From NCBI GenBank assembly GCA_030390025.1, contig CM059432.1, forward strand, positions 89,220,001 through 89,284,000: 64,000 bases of DNA, given 5' to 3'. Positions 38,763 through 50,815 of the stretch are shown piece by piece. The stretch is from Squalus acanthias. Lineage: Eukaryota. A program made the position numbers and the translations under genes. Positions within the stretch are counted from its first letter, which is position 1. Each line of letters starts with the position of its first letter. Below the pieces are notes generated by a model. The model saw only the letters and a program-made list of their open reading frames with translations, made no database searches and was not told the origin of the DNA.

Positions 38763-39025
38763 CTTAGGTTGCCCAATCGGACACATGTGGCTGGCACCTT
38801 CTTACCACTACATAGACAATGGACAAGAACCTGTGGCTTCCTATCACGGTGACCACCATCATGACCAGTCCAAGTCGCCCTGAGTCCTCAAAGTGGAACT
38901 TCCATTTCCGAAATGACAAAGACCACAACTGCAGCAATTTGCCATCAGTGCAGTTTATTAAAATAATGAAATGATGGCATCTAATAATTGAACAGAACAG
39001 AACACCCAAGTGACTACCCTTGTGA

Positions 39026-41000
39026 CTACTTGTGCTTAATCTTCCTCTTACACATGCTCTTACGTGTTGGTTCCCCTATAGCTTCAGCAGATGTGGAGGC
39101 ACCTTGCTCACTTTCATGCTGCTCCTGCTTGGACACCTTTGGCGGGCGTCCTCTGGGTTTGCGAGCCTGAGATGGCTCAGCAAACGTCTGCTTCTCCTGC
39201 GGCTGTGCAGGGGATGAGACGCCCATCTCAGATGGGTGAAGACTCTGGTGGAGCTCTGACCGAGGGCTACGCAGTGGCTGGGGAGTTTGAGCACCTGGAG
39301 TGGAGCCCCCACTTCCTTGTTGGCTGCCACCAACATCCCTCTCATGGGTCGGCCCCACTTCAGTGCTAGCAAGTGGCTTGACAGCACCTTGCTGCACTTC
39401 AGGGGGGCCATGAGGACCCGTATCTGCAGTGGCAGTCCTACTCCAGAAGACTTCCATGAAGCTCTGGTTTCTCTGCTCAATAGCTGTCTATCGCTCCTCC
39501 AGAGATGTCAGTCTATTCTGAACAATGACCATGTTTTCAGCACTCTGGCGACTTAGCTCCTCCATGGCCATAGCCATCCTCTCCTGTACTGTAGCCATCC
39601 TTTCCACGGAGGTAGCCATCCTTTCCACGGAGGTTGCCATCCTTTCTGTGGTGATGCGTTCATGCGCCAATGACTCCAAAATGGTTCTGCTCATGTTAGA
39701 GTTGGACTCCTCCATCCTCTCCACACACGCAGTGACCCTGGAGACAAAACCTGCCAGAGACTCCTGCACTTGCTCCTGGAGTTCCAGCACCGCTCTCGTT
39801 CTGTATGGACCTGGAGGCACAGGGTCGACATGCAGCTGAGCAGAGCTGGGAGTGCCCTGCGATCTCCGACGAGGACTCTCCACTGCTGTCCCTGTCTCCA
39901 GCATCTGCTGATGCTCACTTGTGAGCTGTGATACACCAGGTGACAACACTACTCTATGTCGCGAGGATCCCACTGAGGTGTGCGTATCTGCGCTTGCTGG
40001 GTGCGCTGAATTCTGCTGACGCTGCGTCCTCAGAGGTTGCAGGTTCCTCTGAGGAGTCTTCATGGTCGCCTTCTTCCTCCGGGACACTGGCGAGGGGGGA
40101 TGTTGATGGTCCTGTGATGGAGTAAAGGCATGAGTTAGACAACTGATATTAATGTAGCATGCACATGGAGTTGTGCAGATCATCATAAGTCAATCAGTAT
40201 GAACATCAGCAGCCATTTCAGTCACTCATGCAATGTAAATGAGAGAGATGCAAAACTATTCTGTCATCATCTATCCTCTGTCCCCGTCTTTCCGTCCCCC
40301 ACTTCCACATCCAGGCTAGCACCAACGAGCTCCAGAGCCGCCTCCTCAGCATTGGTGAGATGGGCTATTGAGGGTGGCCCTCCTCCAGTCCTCGTCCTTT
40401 CCCGCTTATTGTGGGCTCTCTTTTCCTGCAGGGAGACAAGTGGAGTTTGATTGAGAATAATGGAGTGTAGAGATTCCAGAGCATAGATGCTTAGAAGGAG
40501 ACAGGGATGGAGTGAGGTGGAGATATCAAGGGCCCTCCCTGTGTGTTGGTAGTTGTTGTCAGTGCATAACTGTGATAGGGAGTGTGAGGGCAGCATAGTC
40601 GAATAGTGAAGTGTTTGTGTACATAGAGCGAGAGGGATGGTTAAGGGTGCAGGGGATGTAAGGGTACAGTGGGATGTGGAGGAGTAGGTTGACAGTGCAG
40701 AGTGCTGGTGATGGGAGGAGATGGGGAGCAGAATGAGGGTAACGGTGATGCTTTACTCACTTTTCCTGTTCGAACAAGGTCATTGAACCTTTTACGGCAC
40801 TGCAGCCAGGTTCTGCTGCAGACTGACCTGCTGCTCACTTCCCTCGCGATCTGAAGCCATACAGCTTTTGTCTGCTGGGGAGGCTTCTTCCTCCCAGAAG
40901 AGGGGAAGAGCACCTCCTTGTTAGCTATGACTCCCTCTACCAACACTTAGAGGGAGTCATCGGTGAATCTTGGTGAGGCCTTGGGCCTTGAGGTAGACAT
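39026..41000 (-). pseudogene. Harbinger Myb/SANT-like gene, 3 exons (41000-40761, 40425-~40271, 40111-39026)
   Basis: PRFTDDSL*VLV...WLQIAREV...TWLQCRKRFNDL|gtgagt; ctgcag|EKRAHNKRERTRTGGG; cacag|acidic and coiled-coil exon. Confidence 0.8.
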
Positions 41001-41577
41001 CACCGATGAAGGCAGGATCCCCAGGCTTCCACAGTATCAGTAAAACACGTGCATAAGGAACAAACCAGCTTGGAGGCCTTAAATCCAGCTCGATAATTGG
41101 CAGCAGCAGAGGCGAGTTTCAGTCCCAAAACACTCATTGACACAGGGGAACCCACACGCCCGGAATTTATTGGCTAATTAGGGTAAAATCTCAACTTTTT
41201 CTGACCTGACAATGGGGGTGGGTTCGGGACCCGCCGGCCACCTGACCTGCACCCAACCCGCCTCCAATGTGAAAATCCAGTCCCATGTTCTAGTCTTCAC
41301 TTGCCAGGCCGATAAAAAGGTAAGAGGAGACATTTCTGATGATGATTTTGAGCATCTTATAAATAACAGGTGGACTTCTTTGGCAAAATTCAGTTAGTTC
41401 TTGGAAACTGACATCCAGAGAACATTTTAAATAGTGTCTGCGGCATGGTGGTTGGCAAGACATGCCATATATGAACATATTTTGCAGTTTTGTATATTTA
41501 GCAACAGATGAAGACCCAGTATTAAATGAATTGGTACAGTTCGTATATCAATGAAAAGTCTACTATTTGGAAACATA

Positions 41578-44140
41578 GGGGAATATTTTAACCCCCAAAA
41601 GCAGGTGGGTTTGGGTTGGGTGAGAAGTAAAAATGCAAAGAATCTCAAACCTGACCCCAACCCACTTCGAACCCGCCCACTTCCAGATTTAACGAAGGTG
41701 GGATGGGAGGCGGGCAACCAACCCATTCACAGGAGGCGGGTTGCTCATTTAATTATATTAATGAGACTGCCTACCTCAGATTTTTTCACTGTTCGGAAAC
41801 CCGGCAGCTAAAGGAAGGTGAGGACTGCTGCGTAGAAGATTTAATTGCTTTTCCAGCACTGCTTATGGGACAGGAGGAGTAGGAGTGATTCCCCTTGCCC
41901 CCCGAAGCAAACTTGTTAACCTCTGCAGTGGTCGGATCAACCCCGCGATCGAACCACCACCTCCGTGATCACCGCCCCCTCCCCCAGTGATCAACAATAC
42001 CTCCCGCGATCACCGCCCCCTCCCCCAGTGATCACCAATACCTCCCGCGATCACCGTCCCCTCTCCCAGTGATCACCAATACCTCCCGCGATCACCGCCC
42101 CCTCCCCCAGTGATCACCACCACCTGCCGCGATCACCGACCCCTCTCCCAGTGATCACCAATACTTCCCGTGATCACCGCCCCCTCCCCCAGTGATCACC
42201 ACCACCTGCCGCGATCACCGCCCCCTCCCCCAGTGATCACCAATACCTCCCGCGATCACCGACCCCTCTCCCAGTGATCACCAATACCTCCCCCGATCAC
42301 CGACCCCGCCCCCACCCCCGCCCCCGCCCCCAGTGATCACCAATACCTCCCATGATCACCGACCCCTCCCCCAGTGATCACCAATACCTCCGTGATCACC
42401 GACCCTTCCCCCAGTGATCACCAATACCTCCCGCGATCACCGACCCCTCCCAGTGATTACCAATACCTCCCGCGATCACCGACCCCTCCCAGTGATTACC
42501 AATACCTCCCGCGATCACTGACCCCCTCCCAGTGATTACCAATACCTCCCGCGATTACCTCCCCCTCCCCCAGTGATCACCAATACCTCCCGCGATCACT
42601 GACCTCTCCCCCAGTGATCACCAATACCTCCCCCGATCACTGACCTCTCCCCCAGTGATCACCAATACCTCCCCCGATCACCGACCCCTCCCCCAGTGAT
42701 CAACAATACCTCCCGCAATCACCGACCCCTCTCCCAGTGATCACCAATACTTCCCGTGATCACCGCCCCCTCCCCCAGTGATCACCACCACCTGCCGCGA
42801 TCACCGACCCCTCACCCAGTGATCACCAATACCTCCCGCGATCACCGACCCCTCTCCCAGTGATCACCAATACCTCCCGCGATCACCGCCCCCTCCCCCA
42901 GTGATCACCAATACCTCCCGCGATCACCGACCCCTCTCCCAGTGATCACCAATACCTCCCCCGATCACCGACCCCGCCCCCACCCCCGCCCCCGCCCCCA
43001 GTGATCACCAATACCTCCCATGATCACCGACCCCTCCCCCAGTGATCACCAATACCTCCGTGATCACCGACCCTTCCCCCAGTGATCACTAATACCTCCC
43101 GCGATCACCGACCCCTCCCAGTGATTACCAATACCTCCCGCGATCACCGACCCCTCCCAGTGATTACCAATACCTCCCGCGATCACTGACCTCCTCCCAG
43201 TGATTACCAATACCTCCTGCGATCACCTCCCCCTCCCCCAGTGATCACCAATACCTCCCGCGATCACTGACCTCTCCCCCAGTGATCACCAATACCTCCC
43301 CCGATCACTGACCCCGCCCCCAGTGATCACCAATACCTCCCCCGATCACCGACCCCTCCCCCAGTGATCACCAATACCTCCCGCGATCACCGCCCCCGCC
43401 CCCACCCCCAGTGATCACCAATACCTCCCGTGATCACCAACCCCTCCCCCAGTGATCACCAATACCTCCCGCGATCACTGACCCCTCCCCCAGTGATCAC
43501 CAATACCTCCCGTGATCACCGACCCCTCCCCCAGTGATCACCAATACCTCCCGTGATCACCGCCCCCTCCCCCAGTGATCACCAATACCTCCCGCGATCA
43601 CCGCCCCCTCTCCCAGTGATCACCAATACCTCCCGCGATCACCGACCCCTCCCCCAGTGATCACCAATACCTCCCGCGATCACCGACCCCTCCCAATGAT
43701 CACCAATACCTCCGCGATCACTGACCCCTCCCCCAGTGATCACCAATACCTCCCCCGATCACCGACCCCTCCCCCAGTGATCACCAATACCTCCCCCGAT
43801 CACCGACCCCTCCCCCAGTGATCACCAATACCTCCCGCGATCACCGACTTTCCCCTGAACCCCCATCTCTACTTCCGGCATCCGCAATCTCCCCCGACCC
43901 TCCAAACCACACTGTACCCAGCCCCTCTCGCGATCTCTACCCCGAGTAGCACGGAACCTTCCTGCTCCTGGGTAGTGACCACTTCTGCAGCTTTCTCACC
44001 CAACAGGGAGCCAAGCCTGTCAATCAGGCTGGCTTCTGGGCAGGGAACCTGGTCAAAAAACAACACGCATGTCGTGGAGTTAAAACACCATGGCGTTCTC
44101 CTGACCTGAACTCCTCCCCTCCGCTTGCAAATCCTGCCCC
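41578..44140. mobile_element. Probable Harbinger-type non-autonomous element carrying an expanded minisatellite
   Basis: GGGGAATATTTT...AAATCCTGCCCC ends. TSD not matched. Confidence 0.5.
41955..43848. repeat. 41-bp C-rich minisatellite, about 46 units
   Basis: Unit CCCCAGTGATCACCAATACCTCCCGCGATCACCGACCCCTC, built from two GATCACC half-units. Confidence 0.97.
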
Positions 44141-44809
44141 AGTAATGATCGGGGCCATAAATTCACAAAACTCTTCCAGATATCAGATACAAAACACTTA
44201 AATTGTATATTAAAAAAGCAAAGACCCACTTCAATACCCGATGAGTCCTGAGATATTACCATTTCAATTAGAATGCTGTGCTGCAACAACACTAAATCCA
44301 CACCAGAACAATTATGGCCCAGCTGCCCCCAACTCTTCATCCCTTTGCTACTACAATCTCAACAGAGTTAGAAATAGAATGCTGCTCCAGGAAGTCTTAT
44401 GGAAAAAACATACATCAGAATGTGAATTTAATCTGTAATGGTTTCCCAAGTATTTGGTATTCAGATATACAGGTTTTTGTGAATTGGATTGGTGGGGTTG
44501 ATAAATTAAAGAGGGACAGACTGGTTGAGCATTTTCCTATTTCTAAAAAATCTCATGTTGTTATTTATGTTGTACTTTCTCACTTTTCCCCATAAAATAC
44601 ATATTCATGCTAAATAGCTGCAAAAAGAATTAAACAGTTAATTTAGGATTTGTGACTTTGAACTACTTCAGCACAGACACAGTGACTGGATTTTAATTTG
44701 GAGGCAGGTAGGGAGCGGAGGGGCTGGAAAGCGATTGGGAAACCCAAGAGAACTGTTTCCTTCAGGCCCTGCCGAATTTAATGGCATCGGGGAGCGGTGG
44801 GGGGTGTCG

Positions 44810-45325
44810 GAGACTGGAGGAGGATCGGGGATGGAGGGGGAAGGCCGGAGGAGGATCGGGCCCAGAGGAGGATCGGGACCAAAGGATCGGGGCTGGAGGG
44901 GGGAGGCCGGAGGAGGATCGGGACCAGAGGAGGATCGGGACCAAAGGATCGGGGCTGGAGGGGGGAGGACGGAGGAGGATCGGAACCAGAGGATCAGGGC
45001 TGGTGTGTGGAGGCAGGAGGAGGATCGGGACCAGAGGATCGGGGCTTGAGGGAGGAAGCCAGAGGAGGATCGGGACCAGAGGATCGGGGCTGGAGGGGGG
45101 AGGTCAGAGGATGATTGGAACCGGAGGAGAATCAGGGCCGGAGAGGGGAGGCCAGGGGAGGATCGGGCCCAGAGGATCGGGGTCGGAGGGGGGAGGCAGG
45201 AGCAGGATCGGGGCCGGAGGGGGGAGGCAGGAGGAGGATCGGGGCTGGAGGGGGGAAGCAGGAGGAGGATTAGGGCTGGAGGAGAATCAGGGCTGGATGG
45301 GAGAGGCCAGAGGGTGATCGGGGGT
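44810..45325. repeat. G-rich degenerate minisatellite (GAGGATCGGG core)
   Basis: Repeated GGAGGAGGATCGGGACCAGAGGATCGGGGCTGGAGGGGGGA-like units. Confidence 0.85.
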
Positions 45326-45627
45326 GATGGGAGGATGTCAGAAGGGCTGAGGGGGGAATTGGAGGCTGGAGTGGGAGTCGGGGGATGGGAGGGATCGGGG
45401 ACCGAAGGCCGGAGAGGGGAATGGAGATTGGAGACCTCGTTGGGGGGGAGGGGGTGGTCGGAGGCCTTGTGGGGGGTCACGGAGGCCTCAAGAGGGAGGT
45501 CAGGGGGAAATAGGAAAGGTATGGGGAAGTTTGAAAGCCTCGGGGGGCAGATCGGAGGCCTCGGCGGGGGGGGGGGGGGGGTGTTCAGGGGCCTGAGGGA
45601 GACATCAGAATGGTCGGGAGGCTGTCT

Positions 45628-46310
45628 TGTAAGAATAAGCCATTTGCTGTAAGAATTTGCAATAACTTGATCAAACTTAAAAGTTGACCAAATTTAATAT
45701 ACCAGCATGCTTCGAGAGGCTAAGAGGTTGGTTCCTGTGGGAACTTTGTATGAAAGTTGTTAATCAGTTAAGGAAGCGACAGACCCTGAGCAGGAACAAA
45801 TGGTTGGGTGTTACAAAGACAGGAACATCTTCAGGCAAATGGTGTGAACAGCCTTGGGGCCCACTGATAAGAAGAGGAAAACAATTGCCGACCATTTGTC
45901 ACACAGTTTGGGACACATACACATTGAGGAGCCTGCCCAGGTTTTTAGGGTATAAGAGATTCTGTTTTAAGACACTCGGGGCTGCTGCAGTTGGGCGACC
46001 TGGTCAGTTACCAGAAATCATACGCCTAGTCAATGTCGGATTGACCACTCGCTCGTCTTAGTACGTATGTAGAGTTGGCTTATTATCGCTTGATTTTAAA
46101 GTAGAGGGATAGCTCTGTGTATGCTGAGGTATAATTGGGAATTATTATACGCTACATAACTGCCAGATGTTTAGTTTAATCTCTTGCTGATTTTAAGTAA
46201 AAAGATGTTTTTGACAGATTCATTGGGTTTTGTTTTGTCTGTTCGATGGGTCTGAAAGTTGGAAACTGTTGGACGGGTTAAAGGACAAGAGTGAATTTAA
46301 ACGTCTTACA
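45628..46310 (+). mobile_element. Solo LTR (683 bp)
   Basis: TGTAAGA...TCTTACA inverted termini, 4-bp TSD GTCT (45624-27, 46311-14), TATAAG at 45951, AGTAAA at 46196. Confidence 0.85.
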
Positions 46311-46425
46311 GTCTGATCGTGGGGAGTTGGCAAGGCAGGGACACTGGACCCAGCAGATAATTGGAAAGGCACTTACCTGCTGCATCCAGCTGTCCTCACA
46401 TCCTATTAGCTGGAGGGTGTCCTGA

Positions 46426-47171
46426 GGCAGCATCAAGGCAGCATTTGACCAAGTGTGGCATCAAGGAGCCCTAGTAAAATTGAAGTCAATGGGAATCAGG
46501 GAGAAAACTCTCCACTAGCACAAAGGGAGATGGTTGTGGTTGTTGGAGGCTGATCCTCTCAGCCCCAGGACATCGCTGCAGGAGTTCCTCAGGGCAGTTT
46601 CCTAGGCTCAACCATCTTCAGCTGCTTCATCAATGACCTTCCCTCCATCATAAGGTCAGAAATGGGGATGTTCGCTGATGATAAGAACATAAGAACATAA
46701 GAAATAAGAGCAGGAGCAGGCTTTAGGCCCCTCGAGCTGGCTCCGCCATTTAATGAGATCATGGCTGATCTGATTTTGTCCTCAACTCCACTGATTGGAC
46801 AGTGTTCAGTTCCAATCGCAACTCCTCAGATAAAGAAGCATGCAGCAAGACCTGGATGACATTCAGGCTTGGGCTGCTAAGTGGCAAGTAACATTCGTGC
46901 CACACAAGTGCCAGGCAATGACCATCTCCAACAAGAGAGAGTCTAACCACCTCCTCTTGATATTCAATGGCATTATCATCATTGAATTCCTGACCATCAA
47001 CATCCTGGGATTCACACTTGACCAGAAACTTAACTGGATCAGCCAAATAAATAATATGGCTATAAGAGCAGGTCAGAGGCTAGATATTCTGCGGCAAGAG
47101 ACTCACCTCCTGACTCCCCAAAGCCTTTCTACCATCTACAAGGCATAAGTCAGGAGTGTGATGGAATAGTC
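46426..47171 (+). mobile_element. Zenon-like LINE RT fragment
   Basis: IKAAFDQVWH...GVPQGS..FADD...QQDLDDIQAW... Confidence 0.85.
46683..46791 (-). mobile_element. 109-bp CR1 3'-end insertion, TGAT TSD
   Basis: (AAGAACAT)n tail, TGAT at 46679-82 and 46792-95, splitting the FADD codons. Confidence 0.85.
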
Positions 47172-49816
47172 TGCGGCAGAACAGATCCACCAGAGGTGGC
47201 GGCACAGTGGGATACAGTCGGGAGGGAGTAGCCCTGAGAGTACTCGTAATTGACTCCAGACCAAATGAAGTCTCATGGCTTCAGGTCAAGCATTGGCAAG
47301 GAAACCTCCTGCTAATTATTATCTACCACCGACCTTCAGCTGATGAGTCAGTACTCTCCATGTTGAACACCACTTGGAAAAAGCACTGAGGGTAGCAACG
47401 GCACAGAATGTACTTTGGGTGGGGGACTTCAATGACCATCACCAAGAGTGGCTCGGTAGCACCACTAATGACTGAGTTCTGAAGGACATAGTTGCCAGAC
47501 TGGGCCTGCGGCAGGTGGTGAGAGAACCAACACAAGGGAAAAACCTACTTGACCTCATCCTCACCAATTTACCTGTTGCAGATGCATTTGTCCATGAGAG
47601 TATTGGTAGCAGTGACCACCGCACAGTCATTGTGGAGACGAAGTCCCATCTTCACGCTGAGGACACCCTCCATCGTGTTGTGTGGCACTACCACCGTGCT
47701 AAACAAGATAGATTCAGAACAGATCTAGCAGCTCAAAACTGGGCATTCATGAGGTGCTGAGGGCCATCAGCAGCAGCAGAATTGTAAACCACCACAATCT
47801 GTAACCTCATGGCCCAGCATATCCCTCACTCTATCATTACCATCAAGTCAGGGGACAAGCCCTGCTTCAATAAGGAGTGTAGAAGAGCATGCCAGGAGCA
47901 GCACCAGGTACCTTAAAATGAGGTGCCAACCTGGGGAAGCTGCAACACAGGACTACATGCATGCTAAACAGCGGAAGCAGCATGCTATAGACAGAGCTAA
48001 GCGATCCCACAATCAACGGATCAGATCAAAGCTCTGCAGTCCTGCCACATCCAGTCGTGAATGGTGGTGGACCATTAAACAACTAACGGGAGGAGGAGGC
48101 TCCATGAATATCCCCATCCTCAATGATGGCAGAGCCCAACACGCAAGTGCAAAAGACAAGACTGAAGCATTTGCAACCATCTTCAGCCAGAAGTGCCGAG
48201 TGGATGATCCATCTCAGCCTCCTCCTGAGGTCCACACCATCACAGAAGCAAATTCAATTCACTCCACGTGATACCAAGAAACGGCTGAGCGCACTGGATA
48301 CAGTAAAGGCTATGGGCCCCAACAACATTCCAGCTGTCATGCTCAAGACTTGTGCTCCAGAACTAGCCGCGCCTCTAGCCAAGCTGTTCCCGTACAGCTA
48401 CAACACTGGCATCTACCCAACAATGTGGAAAACTGCCCAGGTATGTACTGTCCATAAAAAGCAGGACAAATCCAATCCGGCCAATTACCGCCCCATCAGT
48501 CTACTCTCAATCATCAGCAAAATGATGGAAGGTGTCAGTGACAGTGCTATCAAGCGGCACTTACTCACCAATAACCTGCTCACTGATGCCCAGTTTGGGT
48601 TCTGCCAGGACCACTCGCCTCCAGAACTCATTACAGCCTTGGTCCAAAGAGCTGAATTCCAGAGGTGAGGTGAGAGTGGCATCAAGGCAGCATTTGACCG
48701 AGTGTGGCATCAAGGAGCCCTAGTAGAATTGAAGTCAATGGGAATCAGGGGGAAAACTCTCCACTGGCTGGAGTCATACCTAGCACAAAGGAAGATGGTT
48801 GTGGTTGTTAGAGGCCAATCATTTCAGCCCCAGGACACCGCAGCAGGAGTTCCTCAGGGCAGTGTCCTAGGCCCAACCATCTTCAGCTGCTTCATCAATG
48901 ACCTTCCCTCCATCACAAGGTCAGAAGTGGGGATGTTCGCTGATGATTGCACAGTGTTCAGTTCCATTCGCAGTCCATGCCCGCATGCAGCAAGACCTGG
49001 ACGACATTCAGGCTGGAGCTGATAAGTGACAAGTAACATTCGCGCCACACAAGTGGCAGGCAATGACTATCTCCAACGAGAAAGAGTCTAACACCTTGAC
49101 ATTCAACGGCACTACCATCGCCGAATCCCCCACCATCAACATCCTGGGGGGTCACCATTAACCAGAAACTTAGCTGAACCAGCCACTTAAATACTTGGCT
49201 AAAAGAGCTGATCAGAGGCTAGGTATTCTGTGGCGAGTATCTCATCTCCTGACTCCCCAAAGTCTTTCCACCATCTACAAGGCACAAGTCAGGATTGTGA
49301 TGGAATTGTCTCCACTTGCCTGGATGAGTGCAGCTCCAACAACACTCAAGAAGCTTGACACCATCCAAGACAAAGCAGCTCGCTTGATTGCCACCCCATC
49401 CACCACCTTAAACATTCACTCCCTCCACCACCAGCGCACCATGGCTGCAGTGTGTACCATCTACAAGATGCACTGCAGCAACTCGCTAAGGCTTCTTCGA
49501 CAGCGCCTTCCAAACCCGCGACTTCTACCACCTAGAAGGACAAGGGCAGCAGGTGCATGGGAACACCACCACCTCCAAGTTCCCCTCCAAGTCACTTACC
49601 AACCTGACTTGGAAATATATCACCGATCGTTCATCGTCGCTGGGTCAAAATCCTGGAACTCCCTCCCTAACAGCACTGTGGGAGTACCTTCACCACATGG
49701 ACTGCAGCGGTTCAAGAAGGTGGCTCATCACCACCTTCTCAAGGGCAATTAGGGATGGGCAATAAATGCTGGCCTTTCCAACGATGCAAAAATCCCAGGA
49801 ACGATTAAAAAAAAAC
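47172..49816 (+). mobile_element. Zenon-like LINE, APE to 3' poly(A)
   Basis: ORFs 47515-49752 carry APE, RT and the C-terminal HHHLLKGN; A-tail at ~49807-49815. Confidence 0.9.
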
Positions 49817-49912
49817 TTGCCCGGATGAGTGCCGATGCAACAACACTCAAGAAGCTCGACATCATCCATGACAAAGCAGTCCACTTGATAGGCATGCCAT
49901 CAACCACCTTAA

Positions 49913-50654
49913 GGGGGAAAAATTGAGTTGCGCCCCCTCTGGAGCGCTAACTTCGCCGGGGCGCTACCCAAAAAAATTAGCGCCCCCGCAGCTGAAATTC
50001 ATTGGTAGCGCCCCAAGAGGAAAACGGGGCGCTACTGGAAGTGCCCCGCCTCCCTCTTGGGGCGCTGCGAGGGAATATCGCGGCGATACGTGCCACAGCA
50101 CCATGCTACGCTTTGCAGGCCTTCCTCCCCTTCTTAAAGGGGAGGGGCCTTGCGCAGCGCGACCCGGGGCCCAGCTGGGCCACCGTGATTGGAGTGCCGG
50201 CAAAAGAGCCCGGTACTCAAGAGAAGTGCCGGGCTCATGGAGCGCAGCTGGCACTCCGCGGCGGGGGGGTGGTGGTGCGGGGGGGCGGCGGGTGCTCAGG
50301 AGGCCAGGGACAGCAACGGAGGCAGGTGCTGACAGGTGGCCAGCAACAAAACTGGCCACCCAGCACCTCGCCTTTAATTAGCGCCACCCCGGCCGCAGGT
50401 AGGCCCCTCTGACCCCGTCGGACATTGCGTCCGGCGGTAAGTCAGGGGGGCTACCGAAGTTCGCGGCTGGGGTGCGAGTGGGGCGCTGCACATGGCGATG
50501 ATGTCATCACCAGCAGCGCAGCACTGCGGGGCACTAACGGTTACCATCACCACTAACCTCCCGCTGAACTTTGCAGGAGGCGTTGGCAGCGCCGCGCCCA
50601 GGCGCTAGTTGCTTTGCGCTAATGGGAGGCGCAAAGCAACTGAATTTTTCCCCC
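49913..50654. mobile_element. GC-rich Harbinger MITE related to 52637-56669
   Basis: GGGGGAAAATTGAGTTGC / GCAACTGAATTTTTCCCCC termini, TAA/CAA flanks, shared CTTTGCGCC.CCCATTAGCGC subterminus. Confidence 0.85.
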
Positions 50655-50815
50655 CAAATATTCACAATCTCCACCACTGGTGCGCCATGTCTGCAGTGTG
50701 TCCCATCTACAAGATGCACTGCAACAACTCCCTCTTGGGGCTTCCTCAATAGCGCCTCCCAAACCCGCGACTTCGACAACCTAGAAGGACAAGGGCAGCA
50801 GGCATATGGGAACAC

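Larger units (their letters stand above)
34708..41283. mobile_element. PIF/Harbinger transposon, transposase core deleted, interrupted by a CR1
   Basis: TIRs GGGCTGGATGTT / AAAATCCAGTCC with CAT TSD. Transposase N-terminus (PVAVKVT..LTFFAS) on +, Myb gene on -. Confidence 0.82.
44683..46425. mobile_element. Probable Harbinger-type non-autonomous element with G-rich array, interrupted by a solo LTR
   Basis: Starts GACTGGATTTT (as at 41272-41283), contains a GAGGATCGGG array, and resumes after 46310. Confidence 0.5.

Noticed and set aside
44668..45652. 270-aa and overlapping ORFs
   Set aside because: Translations of the G-rich minisatellite.
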